From IMG/VR virus record IMGVR_UViG_3300025769_015023, positions 9,260 to 73,259 of that record: a stretch of DNA of 64,000 nt. The stretch is one strand, 5' to 3'. Of the stretch, positions 35,053 to 45,332 are shown in pieces (within the stretch, counting starts at the first letter, position 1; the number at the start of each line of letters is the position of its first letter). The notes under the pieces were generated by a model that saw only the letters and a list, made by a program, of their open reading frames with translations, was not told the DNA's origin and searched no databases. Both the position numbers and the translations under genes were made by a program. The DNA is from a virus. Taxonomy: Duplodnaviria; Caudoviricetes.

Positions 35053-35827
35053 ATACATATGCGGTAACGCTTTTAAGCATCAGTGCAAATATTCAGTTGG
35101 CAAGTTTAAAGATGCAAGAATACATGACTTTAATTTTTCAGTAAATAATAATGATAATAACAAAGTTTTTATAAAAACTGAGTATGTCGGCAACTTCTTT
35201 CATTATATAAACTTAGATTTTGAGTTTGAAATAGTTACTCATAATTCTGACATACCCGTAGATTCTAGATTTATTAATTTTTTAGAAAATGAAAAAGTTA
35301 CTAAGTGGTATGGACAAAATATTAATATAGCTCACCCAAAAGTAGAGTCTATTCCAATAGGGCTAGCTAACCCAAAATGGGCTCACGGAAATCAAAAAAC
35401 TCTTGAAGAAGTAGCTTCCAGAAATATCAAAAAAGAACAAATACTATATGTCAATTTTGATGTCTCTACCAACTATATAGAAAGAAGCAAGTGCTTAGAG
35501 GAGACTGGCCTAGAATTATCTAAGAAAGTAAAATACGAAGAATATTTAGAAGAAATTGCCAAGTCGTATTTTATTATTTCTCCAAACGGAAACGGTATAG
35601 ATTGTCATAAACACTGGGAGGCTTTTTACTTAAATACAGTACCAATTGTCACGGATAGTATAAACGTACAAATGCATAATGAGTTACCATTTTTAATACT
35701 GAACGAATGGAAGGACTTCAAATCACTCGACCTAACAGAAGAGCTTTACAATAAAACAATATCGTCTTTCAATCGGGAGGATCTTCTGTTTGAAAATTAT
35801 ATAAAATTAAACAACTTTTTAAAATAA
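35039..35827 (+). CDS. Exostosin/GT47-like glycosyltransferase
   Basis: FIISPNGNGIDCHKHWEAFYLNTVPIV. Confidence 0.75.
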   Translation: MKNYKYICGNAFKHQCKYSVGKFKDARIHDFNFSVNNNDNNKVFIKTEYVGNFFHYINLDFEFEIVTHNSDIPVDSRFINFLENEKVTKWYGQNINIAHPKVESIPIGLANPKWAHGNQKTLEEVASRNIKKEQILYVNFDVSTNYIERSKCLEETGLELSKKVKYEEYLEEIAKSYFIISPNGNGIDCHKHWEAFYLNTVPIVTDSINVQMHNELPFLILNEWKDFKSLDLTEELYNKTISSFNREDLLFENYIKLNNFLK

Positions 35828-35828
35828 A

Positions 35829-36782
35829 ATGGGTATAATAGTTCCTGATATTGAGAGAATATATAAGATAAAATTTGCTTGTAACTGGGCAACTAGCGAA
35901 GAATCTGCTGATAGAGTTACTAGAAACTGGGGCAAACCTCCTTCTGGGCTTGAGATAGTAACTGGGGATGATTTTGACTATCTAATAAATTTTAATTATA
36001 GCGATGAAATGTTCAAAACGCCCAAGCACAAAAACATAGTTTTCACTATGGAGCCTAGTTGGAGCGGTTGTATTAATGATCAAGTTGTAGAAAATAGCTT
36101 CAAAGTATTTTCAAACGTTAGTAGATTTAAAAACAATGATAACGTAGAAATGGCTCCGTCCCTAATGTTCTCTGAGGATACTGGGGGTTCAGCATTAAAC
36201 CACGTTAAACAAGGCGGACCGCCCACTAAGAAATCCCCGAAAGATTATCTTGAAAATTTAAATTTCAATAAAAGTAAAAAATGCTCTATAATTTTAGCTG
36301 GTCATGGCGCTATCAACGGTATGCCAATGCCACAAGAGTCTCTTTATTTTAAGAGAGAGTCATTTCTAGCCAGACTAATAAAGTCTGATATTGACATAGA
36401 TATATACGGCAGAAACTGGAATATAGAAGATTCGCGATACAAGGGGTATGCGCCCCTCAAAGAAGACGCCTTGCTTGACTACGAATTCAGCATAGCTATT
36501 GAAAATTCAAGAGAAGACTACTATATATCTGAAAAGATAACAGATTGCTTCATAAATAACTGTGTACCGATATACGACGGTTGTAACTTAGTTCACGAAT
36601 TTTATAACCCGAAATCTTTTGAAAAAATAAATATTGAAGATGAAGATGTTATAGGAAAGATTAAAAACATAACAGAGCAATCAAATCAAATTTATAAACA
36701 GTACGTACTTGAATCAAAAATGAAATACTTTACTGATTATAATATATATAGCTACTTACAAAAATGCATACCATTCAAATAG
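35829..36782 (+). CDS. GT10 alpha-1,3-fucosyltransferase-like
   Basis: YEFSIAIENS..DYYISEKITDCF....VPIY matches the alpha-1,3-FucT motif. Confidence 0.85.
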   Translation: MGIIVPDIERIYKIKFACNWATSEESADRVTRNWGKPPSGLEIVTGDDFDYLINFNYSDEMFKTPKHKNIVFTMEPSWSGCINDQVVENSFKVFSNVSRFKNNDNVEMAPSLMFSEDTGGSALNHVKQGGPPTKKSPKDYLENLNFNKSKKCSIILAGHGAINGMPMPQESLYFKRESFLARLIKSDIDIDIYGRNWNIEDSRYKGYAPLKEDALLDYEFSIAIENSREDYYISEKITDCFINNCVPIYDGCNLVHEFYNPKSFEKINIEDEDVIGKIKNITEQSNQIYKQYVLESKMKYFTDYNIYSYLQKCIPFK

Positions 36783-37537
36783 GCCCACATACAGGAGATG
36801 ACCCCTTTGTTGAGTTTTTTTCTTCGAAGCATGAAGAGATAAAAAAATGCTTAATAGTAGAGGCACTATCATCATCTTTAGACATTTGTAAAAATACATA
36901 TGAAAAAAGATTTACTAAAGATAAATTAAATAAAATTTCTTTTATAAATAAAGCTATAGTCGAAGATCCTACTGTTGATTTTATTGATTTCTTTTACCCA
37001 AAAGGAGAACACGAAAATGACGGTCAGATCAAATATACTGCATTTAGCTCCACATGTAAAAATCATTTAATTTCTCATGGGGTTAAGGACATTGAAAAAA
37101 AAGAGGTTCCAGCAATTACTCTTTCAAAATTATTTAAAGAACAAGGATTTAAAAAAGTTGATAGATTGTATTTAGATGCTGAAGGATTAGACGCTAAAAT
37201 TATATTATCTTTAGATTTAAAAGAAATTGATATTCCTTTCATCTGTTTTGAAGCTAGTCATACAGACGGCGCATTCACTAGAGAGAAAACTGCTGTAGAA
37301 GTTTTTAAATTTTTAACTGATCATAATTATGGTATATATAGTTTTTTTCACAAGATAGACAATCAAATGGATTGGAATTGGTGGGCAATCAAGGACAACG
37401 ATGAAGAGCTTGCCAAAGATATTGTTGAATTTGGTGGACACAAAACCAAAGTTAAATCACAAGATTCAATTCTAGTTCAAGTCTTTGATTCATCTACATC
37501 CTCCAAAAATCACCAGCTTGCAGTAAAATGTCTTTAA
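36764..37537 (+). CDS. FkbM-family methyltransferase
   Basis: IQIGPHTGDD, LIVEA, LYLDAEGLDAKII. Confidence 0.75.
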   Translation: MHTIQIGPHTGDDPFVEFFSSKHEEIKKCLIVEALSSSLDICKNTYEKRFTKDKLNKISFINKAIVEDPTVDFIDFFYPKGEHENDGQIKYTAFSSTCKNHLISHGVKDIEKKEVPAITLSKLFKEQGFKKVDRLYLDAEGLDAKIILSLDLKEIDIPFICFEASHTDGAFTREKTAVEVFKFLTDHNYGIYSFFHKIDNQMDWNWWAIKDNDEELAKDIVEFGGHKTKVKSQDSILVQVFDSSTSSKNHQLAVKCL

Positions 37538-38214
37538 TTTCTAAAGTTTATATAATTCACTACACGAAGCTAGTCGAAAGAAAAGCCCACATGCTTGATC
37601 AGATTAAGCAGTGGTTTCCTAATATTGAATATAAGTTCCTAGAAGATTTAGATCAAGAGGAATTAACAGATGAAATAATTGAGAAAAATTTCGATATTAA
37701 AAAATTTAGAGATAGATTTGACAGAGATATGCTTAGATCGGAGATGTCTCTTTGTATGAAGTATAAAAAAGCTGTAAGTGAAATAGCTAGCATACGAGAC
37801 GGAGAAGATTTTTTTATTTTAGAGGACGATGTTATATTCAAAGAAGACCCACTGAGCTACATCGATTCAATGTATAAATTTTGTGATAGCTATAAAATAA
37901 ATTATGATTGCGTATTTTTAGGAGAAGCTTGGATCAGAAAGGGTGATGACAGAGATATCTTCGCCAAGAAAAAATACCCCTCAACAAACGGCCTATGTAC
38001 CGTGTTGTACAAAAAAGCATCTTTACAAAAACTTAATAACTTACTGCAAAAAAACAAAATAAGCCAACCCATGGATTGGGAGCTAAATGATAGGTTCGAA
38101 GAGTTAAACTTTGAGGTCTATTGGGGCAAAGCTATCACGAAGCATGGTAGTGTATCAGCTTCTCAAGGTGAAGGCTTTGATTTCTTAAAATCGTCCCTAA
38201 GAGAGTCTTACTAA
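37528..38214 (+). CDS. GT25-family glycosyltransferase
   Basis: YIIHYTKLVERK, EMSLCMKY, FILEDDV, PMDW. Confidence 0.8.
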   Translation: MSLISKVYIIHYTKLVERKAHMLDQIKQWFPNIEYKFLEDLDQEELTDEIIEKNFDIKKFRDRFDRDMLRSEMSLCMKYKKAVSEIASIRDGEDFFILEDDVIFKEDPLSYIDSMYKFCDSYKINYDCVFLGEAWIRKGDDRDIFAKKKYPSTNGLCTVLYKKASLQKLNNLLQKNKISQPMDWELNDRFEELNFEVYWGKAITKHGSVSASQGEGFDFLKSSLRESY

Positions 38215-38217
38215 AAA

Positions 38218-38985
38218 ATGAATTACGCGCTAATTAACCAACCTTGCGGTTTAGGTGATATACTTTTTACTATAAAAATAGGTAATTATTTCGCTAGTAA
38301 AGGATTTAGGGTTATATGGCCAGTTATACCTACTTACGAATGCTTGAAAAATAGAATCAAAACAAAAGGTATAGAATTTTACTCTGTAGAGGAAAATTTT
38401 CCATTTAAACAGGTTTTTTCTAAATTAGAATATCGAGGAGAATATAATATTATAGACTTAGAGGATATAAAATACATACCTATTAGAGAGGCTAATTCAT
38501 TTGCTGTCTCCCAATCCATGTTTATCGAAAGCGTTGAGAAAACAAACATGTACAGTAAATACGCTATGTGTGGACTCGATCCCTCCAACTGGCAGGATTG
38601 CTTTTCCATCGATAGAAATAAAGAAAAAGAAAACGTACTTTATGAAAAAATTTGTATCTCCAAAAACTATCACCTAGTAAACAATAGATTCGGTAGCCCA
38701 CCTTATTGGGAAGAGTTTCTTTCTAAAAAAATAAACACTTCAGAAAACCTACAGAGAGTCGAAATGAATCTTGAGCATGGTTATAATATATTCGACTGGA
38801 TCAAGATCATTGAAAACGCATCTAAAATAGACACGGTTGCGACCTCTATACCATTTATACTAGATAAGCTCGATCTAAAATGCAACCCAACAATACATAC
38901 TAGAAATAAGTCAGGCCAAGAAGCATCAGATAATATAAAGCTAATGAAAGAACTTTACGAAAAAGATTACCACTATGAAATCTGA
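38218..38985 (+). CDS. Glycosyltransferase-like protein
   Basis: QPCGLGDILF start motif; DWIKIIENASKIDTVATS. Confidence 0.6.
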   Translation: MNYALINQPCGLGDILFTIKIGNYFASKGFRVIWPVIPTYECLKNRIKTKGIEFYSVEENFPFKQVFSKLEYRGEYNIIDLEDIKYIPIREANSFAVSQSMFIESVEKTNMYSKYAMCGLDPSNWQDCFSIDRNKEKENVLYEKICISKNYHLVNNRFGSPPYWEEFLSKKINTSENLQRVEMNLEHGYNIFDWIKIIENASKIDTVATSIPFILDKLDLKCNPTIHTRNKSGQEASDNIKLMKELYEKDYHYEI

Positions 38986-39532
38986 ATCAGAATACATACA
39001 GGAGCTTTGCCCAATAAACACCAGAGCCTATAACCTTTTCAAAGAATACAAAAAAGAATGCTCTGTGTTCATAGAATGCGGATGTCATATTGGTCAAACC
39101 TGTGAAAAAGCAGTCTTTCTAGGTTACGAAAAGATATATTCTTGTGACATATATGAAGACTTAGTCGAGCAAACCAAAGACAGATTAAAAAAATACGATA
39201 TTCAGCACGATATTAAACATCAAAATTCTGAAAATTTTTTAAAAGAATTACTACCAACTATAAACTCGAAGGCTACAATTTGGCTTGACGCTCACCCAAT
39301 AGATGGTCAACAAACAGGAATTCCATTGTTTAAAGAACTTGATATAATCAAAGAAAAAAGCCTACATAACAACCACTCGATATTAATCGATGATTTGCAA
39401 ATATTTTTTAGTAACCAAATAGAAGAAATAAAAGATAAGATCAAATCAATAAACCCAAATTATAAAATAAATTTTGGCTATGTTCACAATAGAGGTTTGA
39501 ATAACCCTGATATTTTAATAGCAGATCTGTAA
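38975..39532 (+). CDS. Class I SAM-dependent methyltransferase-like
   Basis: FIECGCHIGQT, IWLDAH, ILIDD. Confidence 0.75.
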   Translation: MKSESEYIQELCPINTRAYNLFKEYKKECSVFIECGCHIGQTCEKAVFLGYEKIYSCDIYEDLVEQTKDRLKKYDIQHDIKHQNSENFLKELLPTINSKATIWLDAHPIDGQQTGIPLFKELDIIKEKSLHNNHSILIDDLQIFFSNQIEEIKDKIKSINPNYKINFGYVHNRGLNNPDILIADL

Positions 39533-40566
39533 TGAAGTCAGCGATACTAACAGAGATTAATAAGCCGCTAGAGATATGGGATGTTGAGCCTGAAAAATTA
39601 GACTATGGTCAGGTCTTAATTAAAATAATATCTAGCGGTCTCTGTGGAGCACAGCTTCAAGAAATATCTGGACTTAAAGGTAATTCTGGATTTGTACCCC
39701 ATTTATTGGGACATGAAGGATGCGCCTTAGTCGAGGAAACTGGCTCTGGCGTCAGCAAAGTAAGAAAAGGCGATAAAGTCATAGTTCATTGGAGAAAATC
39801 TTCAGGAATAGAGTCGAAGTTTCCAACATATGCTTATAAAAATAAAAAAATATCAGGAGGGAAAGCTACTACTCTTTCGGAATTTTCAATCGTCTCTGAA
39901 AATAGAGTTACCAAAGTAAATGAAAGTGTTGACGAAGACTTTTGCACTCTTTTAGGGTGCGGTCTATCGACTGGGTTATCGGTGGCAAACAAGCAAGGAA
40001 ATATAAAATTAGGAGAATCTGTTCTAATTCTTGGGGGTGGAGGAGTTGGTATATGCGCGGCTATAGGCGCTGCGCTTTCAAGAGCTTCTGAAATATATGT
40101 AGTGGAGAAAAACAAATCTAAAAAACAGTTGATAGAGTCTTTTGATTTAAATTTTAACTTTTTACACTATGAAGACCTTTCTACTTTTTTCAGTTTTGGC
40201 AAAAAGATAGATTGTATAATAGACACAACGGGATATTTGCCGCTGGTTTCTGAATGCGTACCGCATTTGTCAGACAATGGCAGATGCATATTAATTGCAC
40301 AACCAATCAAAGGGTCTAAATTAGAAATACATGACCCAATAAACTTTTTTACAGGAGAAGGCATAACGATAAGCACCTCCCAAGCTGGAGGATTTAACCC
40401 AGAAACTGACGTAGCTCGCTACATAAATTTATACGACTCTAATAAGTCGATTTTAAAAGACTGTATTGACAAACTAATTACCCACAGGTATGATTTATCC
40501 GATATCAACAAAGCTTTAGAATGCCTCACCACCAAACCCACTGGAAGAATAATAATAAACCCATGA
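39532..40566 (+). CDS. Zn-dependent alcohol dehydrogenase (MDR family)
   Basis: GLCGAQ, GHEG, LGCGLSTG, GGGGVG. Confidence 0.9.
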   Translation: MKSAILTEINKPLEIWDVEPEKLDYGQVLIKIISSGLCGAQLQEISGLKGNSGFVPHLLGHEGCALVEETGSGVSKVRKGDKVIVHWRKSSGIESKFPTYAYKNKKISGGKATTLSEFSIVSENRVTKVNESVDEDFCTLLGCGLSTGLSVANKQGNIKLGESVLILGGGGVGICAAIGAALSRASEIYVVEKNKSKKQLIESFDLNFNFLHYEDLSTFFSFGKKIDCIIDTTGYLPLVSECVPHLSDNGRCILIAQPIKGSKLEIHDPINFFTGEGITISTSQAGGFNPETDVARYINLYDSNKSILKDCIDKLITHRYDLSDINKALECLTTKPTGRIIINP

Positions 40567-41768
40567 CCGAAAGAAAAGCTTGGACGAAAGAAGAGCTAAT
40601 TGATTTTGAGAATCAAATTGGCGAGTTATATATGGACAACAAGCTTCCATTCTTATTTCATCTTTCAGGAGGTAATGAAGATCAGCTTATAGAAATTTTC
40701 AAAGACATAAAAGAGGGGGATTATGTCATATCAAACCACAGAAGTCACTACCACGCCCTGTTACACGGAATACCTCCCGAAGACTTGAAAAACAAAATAC
40801 TAGATGGGAAAAGTATGTTTGTGTACGATAGGGAAAGAAATTTTTTCTGCTCTGCAATAATAGGAGGAACACCTGCTATAGCAGCGGGTATTGCTTGGGC
40901 TCTAAAGAAGAAAGGCTCCAATAAAAAAGTTTGGTGTTTTGTTGGCGATGGCACTGAAGATAATGGACACCTATTTGAAGCAGTTAGGTATGTAGATGGT
41001 TGGGATTTACCATGTAAATTTATTATAGAAAATAATGACAGATCTGTAGAGTCGTCAAATAAAGATAGGTGGAACAATACCTCCGATTATAAATGGGATT
41101 CCCCGTCTGTAATAAAATACTACTACGATATAACCTATCCTCACGCAAGAAGAGATGGTGTTATCGATCTTTCTAAGACTGTTAAAAAAACTGATGAGGA
41201 ATATTTTCCGCCGCTTAGAAAAGAAGACCTACCAAATGAAGATTTGGAAATAGATATAACCTATAAAGACTCAGTGATCCAGTCAATGGATTATCTAGGA
41301 CAAAAAGAAAACTTTGTATGCATAGGCTACAACGTGCTTTATGGAGACGCGATGGGTACTTTGAAAAACTTACCCGCAGAAAAAAAACTAGAAACACCAG
41401 TCGCAGAGAACTTAATGGTAGGACTGGCAATAGGCTCCTCTTTTGAAGGATACAAACCAGTCGTTTACTTTGAAAGACACGACTTTATGATGGTTGCCAT
41501 GGATGCGATAGTAAATCATTTAGACAAGATAGAAAGAATATCACTTGGAGAATTTAAAACACCAGTAATAATAAGAGCGGTTACTGCTGACGCTGGTCCA
41601 TTTTACTCAGGAATAACCCACTCTCAAGACTTTACAAATTTGTTAAAATCATCTTTAGATATGCCAGTTATATCTCCTAGAAACGGTAAAGAAATGATTC
41701 AAGCCTTTAAAGGGGTAAGCGAGAGCAATCGACCAGCAATAATAATTGAGAGAAAAAGCCTTTATTAA
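40563..41768 (+). CDS. Fused TPP-dependent E1 alpha/beta (transketolase/PDH-like) enzyme
   Basis: HLSGG.E, HRSHYH, VGDG.EDNG..FEA...NN (TPP motif) followed by ETPVAEN.MVGLAIG, FMMVAMDAIVN, HSQ; ATGA overlap sets start at 40563. Confidence 0.88.
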   Translation: MTERKAWTKEELIDFENQIGELYMDNKLPFLFHLSGGNEDQLIEIFKDIKEGDYVISNHRSHYHALLHGIPPEDLKNKILDGKSMFVYDRERNFFCSAIIGGTPAIAAGIAWALKKKGSNKKVWCFVGDGTEDNGHLFEAVRYVDGWDLPCKFIIENNDRSVESSNKDRWNNTSDYKWDSPSVIKYYYDITYPHARRDGVIDLSKTVKKTDEEYFPPLRKEDLPNEDLEIDITYKDSVIQSMDYLGQKENFVCIGYNVLYGDAMGTLKNLPAEKKLETPVAENLMVGLAIGSSFEGYKPVVYFERHDFMMVAMDAIVNHLDKIERISLGEFKTPVIIRAVTADAGPFYSGITHSQDFTNLLKSSLDMPVISPRNGKEMIQAFKGVSESNRPAIIIERKSLY

Positions 41769-41769
41769 A

Positions 41770-42504
41770 GTGAAAGATATTTTAGTAATAGGCGAAAGCT
41801 GCCTTGACCGTTTTCTATACTGTGACGCAGACAGACTTTGTCCAGATATACCCGTACCTGCCCTGACTGTAAAAAGAGAGTCCACTAACGAAGGTATGGC
41901 TCAAAATGTTTACAGAAATATTAAAATTCTAATAAATAATTGCGATATAAGGACTAATTTTAACTGGAAAGAGATTAAAAAAACTAGATATATAGATGAA
42001 AAATCAAACCACATGTTCATAAGGGTTGATGATGATCACTCAGCCATTCCTACGCTTGATGTGGATAGTTTGGATTTAAATGACTATAAACTCATAGCAA
42101 TTTCTGATTATAACAAAGGATACCTTACAAAAGAAGCGATATCTTTTATATGCAACAATCACGACAACGTATTCTTGGACAGTAAAAAGAAAATAGGTGA
42201 ATGGGCAAACGAGGCTAAATATATCAAAATAAATAATTATGAATTAGATAGGTCAAGCGACACGATAACTGATATAGCGCTTTCTAAGACCATATGCACA
42301 AAAGGTTCCGATGGTTGCGATTTCAATGGAAAAAACTATCCAGTAAAAAAAGTGGATGTTAAAGATCCTTGTGGCGCTGGAGATACTTTTTTTGCCGCGC
42401 TAGTATGTCACTTTCTTAAAAGTGAAGATATAATCAAATCAATAAATTACGCTAACAATGCTGCGAGCAAAGTTGTGTCTCAAAGAGGAGTGACTACATT
42501 ATGA
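41770..42504 (+). CDS. PfkB/HldE-type sugar kinase
   Basis: IGESCLDRF...RLCPDIPVP, SDYNKG, DPCGAGDTF; GTG start. Confidence 0.88.
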   Translation: MKDILVIGESCLDRFLYCDADRLCPDIPVPALTVKRESTNEGMAQNVYRNIKILINNCDIRTNFNWKEIKKTRYIDEKSNHMFIRVDDDHSAIPTLDVDSLDLNDYKLIAISDYNKGYLTKEAISFICNNHDNVFLDSKKKIGEWANEAKYIKINNYELDRSSDTITDIALSKTICTKGSDGCDFNGKNYPVKKVDVKDPCGAGDTFFAALVCHFLKSEDIIKSINYANNAASKVVSQRGVTTL

Positions 42505-43208
42505 GTAAAATTAATTTTGAAAAGGTTAAGCTTTACGAGGGTCACTCTCAAAAAAAACAACATTGTTATATTAGCCACGTATTCGACTCGATAGGAACTA
42601 CTAATAAGTACTATTTAGATATAGGGGCTTACGATGGAGTAACTAATTCTAATGTAATTGATTTAAAAATTCATAAAGGCTGGGATGGTCTAATGATAGA
42701 CAATAACTGTGAGAACAATTCCCTAAACCTCAAGAAGCATACTGTAACTAAAGATAATATATGCGATATCCTAACTAGATACGAAGTTCCAAAGAAGATT
42801 GATTTTCTTTCCCTAGATGTAGATGGAATGGATTACTGGATACTAAAGTCTGTACTCTCTCAGCACCAGCCTAGACTAATTGTAGTAGAGTCAAACGTAA
42901 GATTCTCTCCGCATGAAAGCAAAGCAATGAAATACAATTCGGACTACTGCTGGGATGGTTTAAACTGGTACGGAGCTAGCCCACTTGCTTTCAAAAATCT
43001 TGCTAATAAATTTAATTACACTCCAGTTTATGTTCTAAATGACGATATTTTCATAATACACAACGATGATCTTGACATTGAAGATATAGAAAAACCTTGG
43101 CTTGAAGTATACCCAAAAGCAAACTTAGAGCTATACAAAGACCATGTTAAACCACACCACCCAACTCCCGTACTAGAGCCCATTAAAGAAGAATGGATGG
43201 ATGTTTAA
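42501..43208 (+). CDS. FkbM-like methyltransferase
   Basis: LDIGAYDGVTNSN, DFLSLDVDGMDYWI, YGASPLA. Confidence 0.8.
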   Translation: MSKINFEKVKLYEGHSQKKQHCYISHVFDSIGTTNKYYLDIGAYDGVTNSNVIDLKIHKGWDGLMIDNNCENNSLNLKKHTVTKDNICDILTRYEVPKKIDFLSLDVDGMDYWILKSVLSQHQPRLIVVESNVRFSPHESKAMKYNSDYCWDGLNWYGASPLAFKNLANKFNYTPVYVLNDDIFIIHNDDLDIEDIEKPWLEVYPKANLELYKDHVKPHHPTPVLEPIKEEWMDV

Positions 43209-43844
43209 ATGAAAAAAATCACATACGATACAAATAAATATAATTTTAGAAAGTTTGTTGAAAGCTTTTTAGAATTTAAAAATCTAGAGGGTATACACGA
43301 GGAATATAAGTTTGATAAGATCCTTGAATTTGGTACTGACCAAAACAGATATTTGCATAAAAAATTTTACAAAGGAATGGACGATAGCTCTGATTTCATT
43401 TCTATGTACAGGTCTTTTGTAAAAGAATATGCCAATAATCTGTTTGAAGAAAAAATGATTTTTCAAAAATTTCCAACATTTAGAGTTCATCAGCCAAATA
43501 ACATAGCGGTATTCGCTTTTCACAAAGACAAGGAGTACAATCATAATAGTAAAGAAGTAAATTTTTACCTGCCAATTACAAAGGCGTTCGGAACGAATAC
43601 TTTCTGGCACGAATCGGAAGAGGACAAGGGTGATTTTCGACCCATGGAGGCTGAATATGGTGAACTAGTTATGTGGGATGGGGCTAATTTAAGCCACGGT
43701 AATAAAATTAACGAAACCAACCAAACTAGAATTAGCTTTGACTTTAGACTTTTACCTAAGAAAATATACTTGAACTCAGAACATAAAAGTAGTAAAAGTA
43801 AAGGTAAATCATTCGTAATTGGAGATTATTACGATGAATTCTGA
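43209..43844 (+). CDS. StrG-like / 2OG-Fe(II) oxygenase-fold protein
   Basis: PTFRVH, FHKD..YNH (HxD), HGNKINET..TRISFDFR. Confidence 0.65.
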   Translation: MKKITYDTNKYNFRKFVESFLEFKNLEGIHEEYKFDKILEFGTDQNRYLHKKFYKGMDDSSDFISMYRSFVKEYANNLFEEKMIFQKFPTFRVHQPNNIAVFAFHKDKEYNHNSKEVNFYLPITKAFGTNTFWHESEEDKGDFRPMEAEYGELVMWDGANLSHGNKINETNQTRISFDFRLLPKKIYLNSEHKSSKSKGKSFVIGDYYDEF

Positions 43845-43846
43845 AT

Positions 43847-44743
43847 ATGAGGACTTTGGTTACAGGTGGGTGTGGTTTTATAGGCAGTCATTTAGTAGAC
43901 GCTCTTATAGATCAAGGTCATGAAGTCTATGTAATAGATAACTTATCCTCAGAGTGTAATGAGCAATTCTACTTCAATGATAATGCTACTTATCTGGAAG
44001 AGGACATAAGAAATTACGATGGTATAAAACATTTTTTTAAAAATATAGACCATGTATTTCATTTAGCTGCTGAGTCTAGAATTCAGCCCACTTTAGGTAG
44101 ACCTCAAGAAACATGTGGTACTAACTTCATGGGTACTTGCAATATTCTTGAGCTTTCTAAAGAAAATAATATTAAAAAATTAATATATTCCAGTACATCT
44201 TCTGGCTACGGCTTAAAAAACAAGCCGCCATTAAAAGAAACTATGCAAAGGGATTGTTTAAATCCTTATTCAGTTACTAAAGTAGCCGCTGAAGACCTTT
44301 GTAAAATATACTATAACTTATGGGGTCTTAAAACCGTATCTTTAAGATATTTCAATGTATTTGGCGAAAGACAGCCGATAAAAGGAATTTACGCGCCTGT
44401 AGTTGGATTGTTTATAAAACAGAAAAAAAACAATCAACCCCTAACAGTCGTTGGAGACGGTTTACAAAAAAGAGATTTTACGTATGTGATGGATATTGTT
44501 TCTGCGAATCTTAAAATTTCAATGAGCGATAACGATTCTATATTTGGGGAAGTGTTCAATGTTGGAAGCGGAAAAAATTTATCAATATTAGATTTAGCTA
44601 AAATGATAGACTCTAATATACAATTTATCCCCGAAAGAAAAGCAGAGTCTAGAGAAACTTTGGCAGATACCTCCAAGATAAAATCGGTTATAGATTGGAG
44701 CGCTACAAAAAATATACAAGAATGGGTTGAAGATCAGCTATAA
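43847..44743 (+). CDS. NAD-dependent nucleotide-sugar epimerase/dehydratase
   Basis: TGGCGFIGSH, HLAA, YSSTSS, PYSVTK, LRYFNVFG. Confidence 0.92.
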   Translation: MRTLVTGGCGFIGSHLVDALIDQGHEVYVIDNLSSECNEQFYFNDNATYLEEDIRNYDGIKHFFKNIDHVFHLAAESRIQPTLGRPQETCGTNFMGTCNILELSKENNIKKLIYSSTSSGYGLKNKPPLKETMQRDCLNPYSVTKVAAEDLCKIYYNLWGLKTVSLRYFNVFGERQPIKGIYAPVVGLFIKQKKNNQPLTVVGDGLQKRDFTYVMDIVSANLKISMSDNDSIFGEVFNVGSGKNLSILDLAKMIDSNIQFIPERKAESRETLADTSKIKSVIDWSATKNIQEWVEDQL

Positions 44744-45332
44744 AATGACTTACTGCTTTGATATTGACGGAACTATCTGCGAAACTACTGAAAACAGCAG
44801 TTATGAAAACGCTAAAGCATATCCGTCCGTAGTCGCGGCTATAAATAAGCTGTACGATCAAGGTCACACAGTGTTTCTTTACACAGCAAGGGGTAGCGTT
44901 TCAGGAAAAGACTGGTCAGAACTAACTAACAAACAAGTTAAGTCATGGGGTATAAAGTGCCACGAAGTTAAGATGGGTAAACCTTTTTACGATCTCATGA
45001 TCGACGATAGGTCCATCAACGCAAATATGTGGAGAAGCACTCTAAACAAAAAAACAGCCCTAGTACATGGGGTATTCGACAATCTAAATGCTGACACATG
45101 TTTAAAATTAAAAAAATTAAAAGAAGAAAAATACAACAACATAGTTGCAGCAATCCAATCAGATCCAATTCTGGACGACGAAAGCAAAAAAAGCCCGATT
45201 AATTCTCTAAAAGATAGGATAGAGGTATTAAAATCAATAACTTATATAAATGAAATAATACCATATAGAGTTGAAAAAGATATAAAATCTATATCAGAGC
45301 AAATAAGAGCGGAGTCGATTCAAAATGTTTAG
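44727..45332 (+). CDS. HAD phosphatase fused to degenerate cytidylyltransferase-like domain
   Basis: FDIDGTIC, YTARG, MGKP..D..IDD followed by VHGVFDNLN...PINSLKDRIEVL.SI.YINEIIPY. Confidence 0.75.
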   Translation: MKISYKMTYCFDIDGTICETTENSSYENAKAYPSVVAAINKLYDQGHTVFLYTARGSVSGKDWSELTNKQVKSWGIKCHEVKMGKPFYDLMIDDRSINANMWRSTLNKKTALVHGVFDNLNADTCLKLKKLKEEKYNNIVAAIQSDPILDDESKKSPINSLKDRIEVLKSITYINEIIPYRVEKDIKSISEQIRAESIQNV

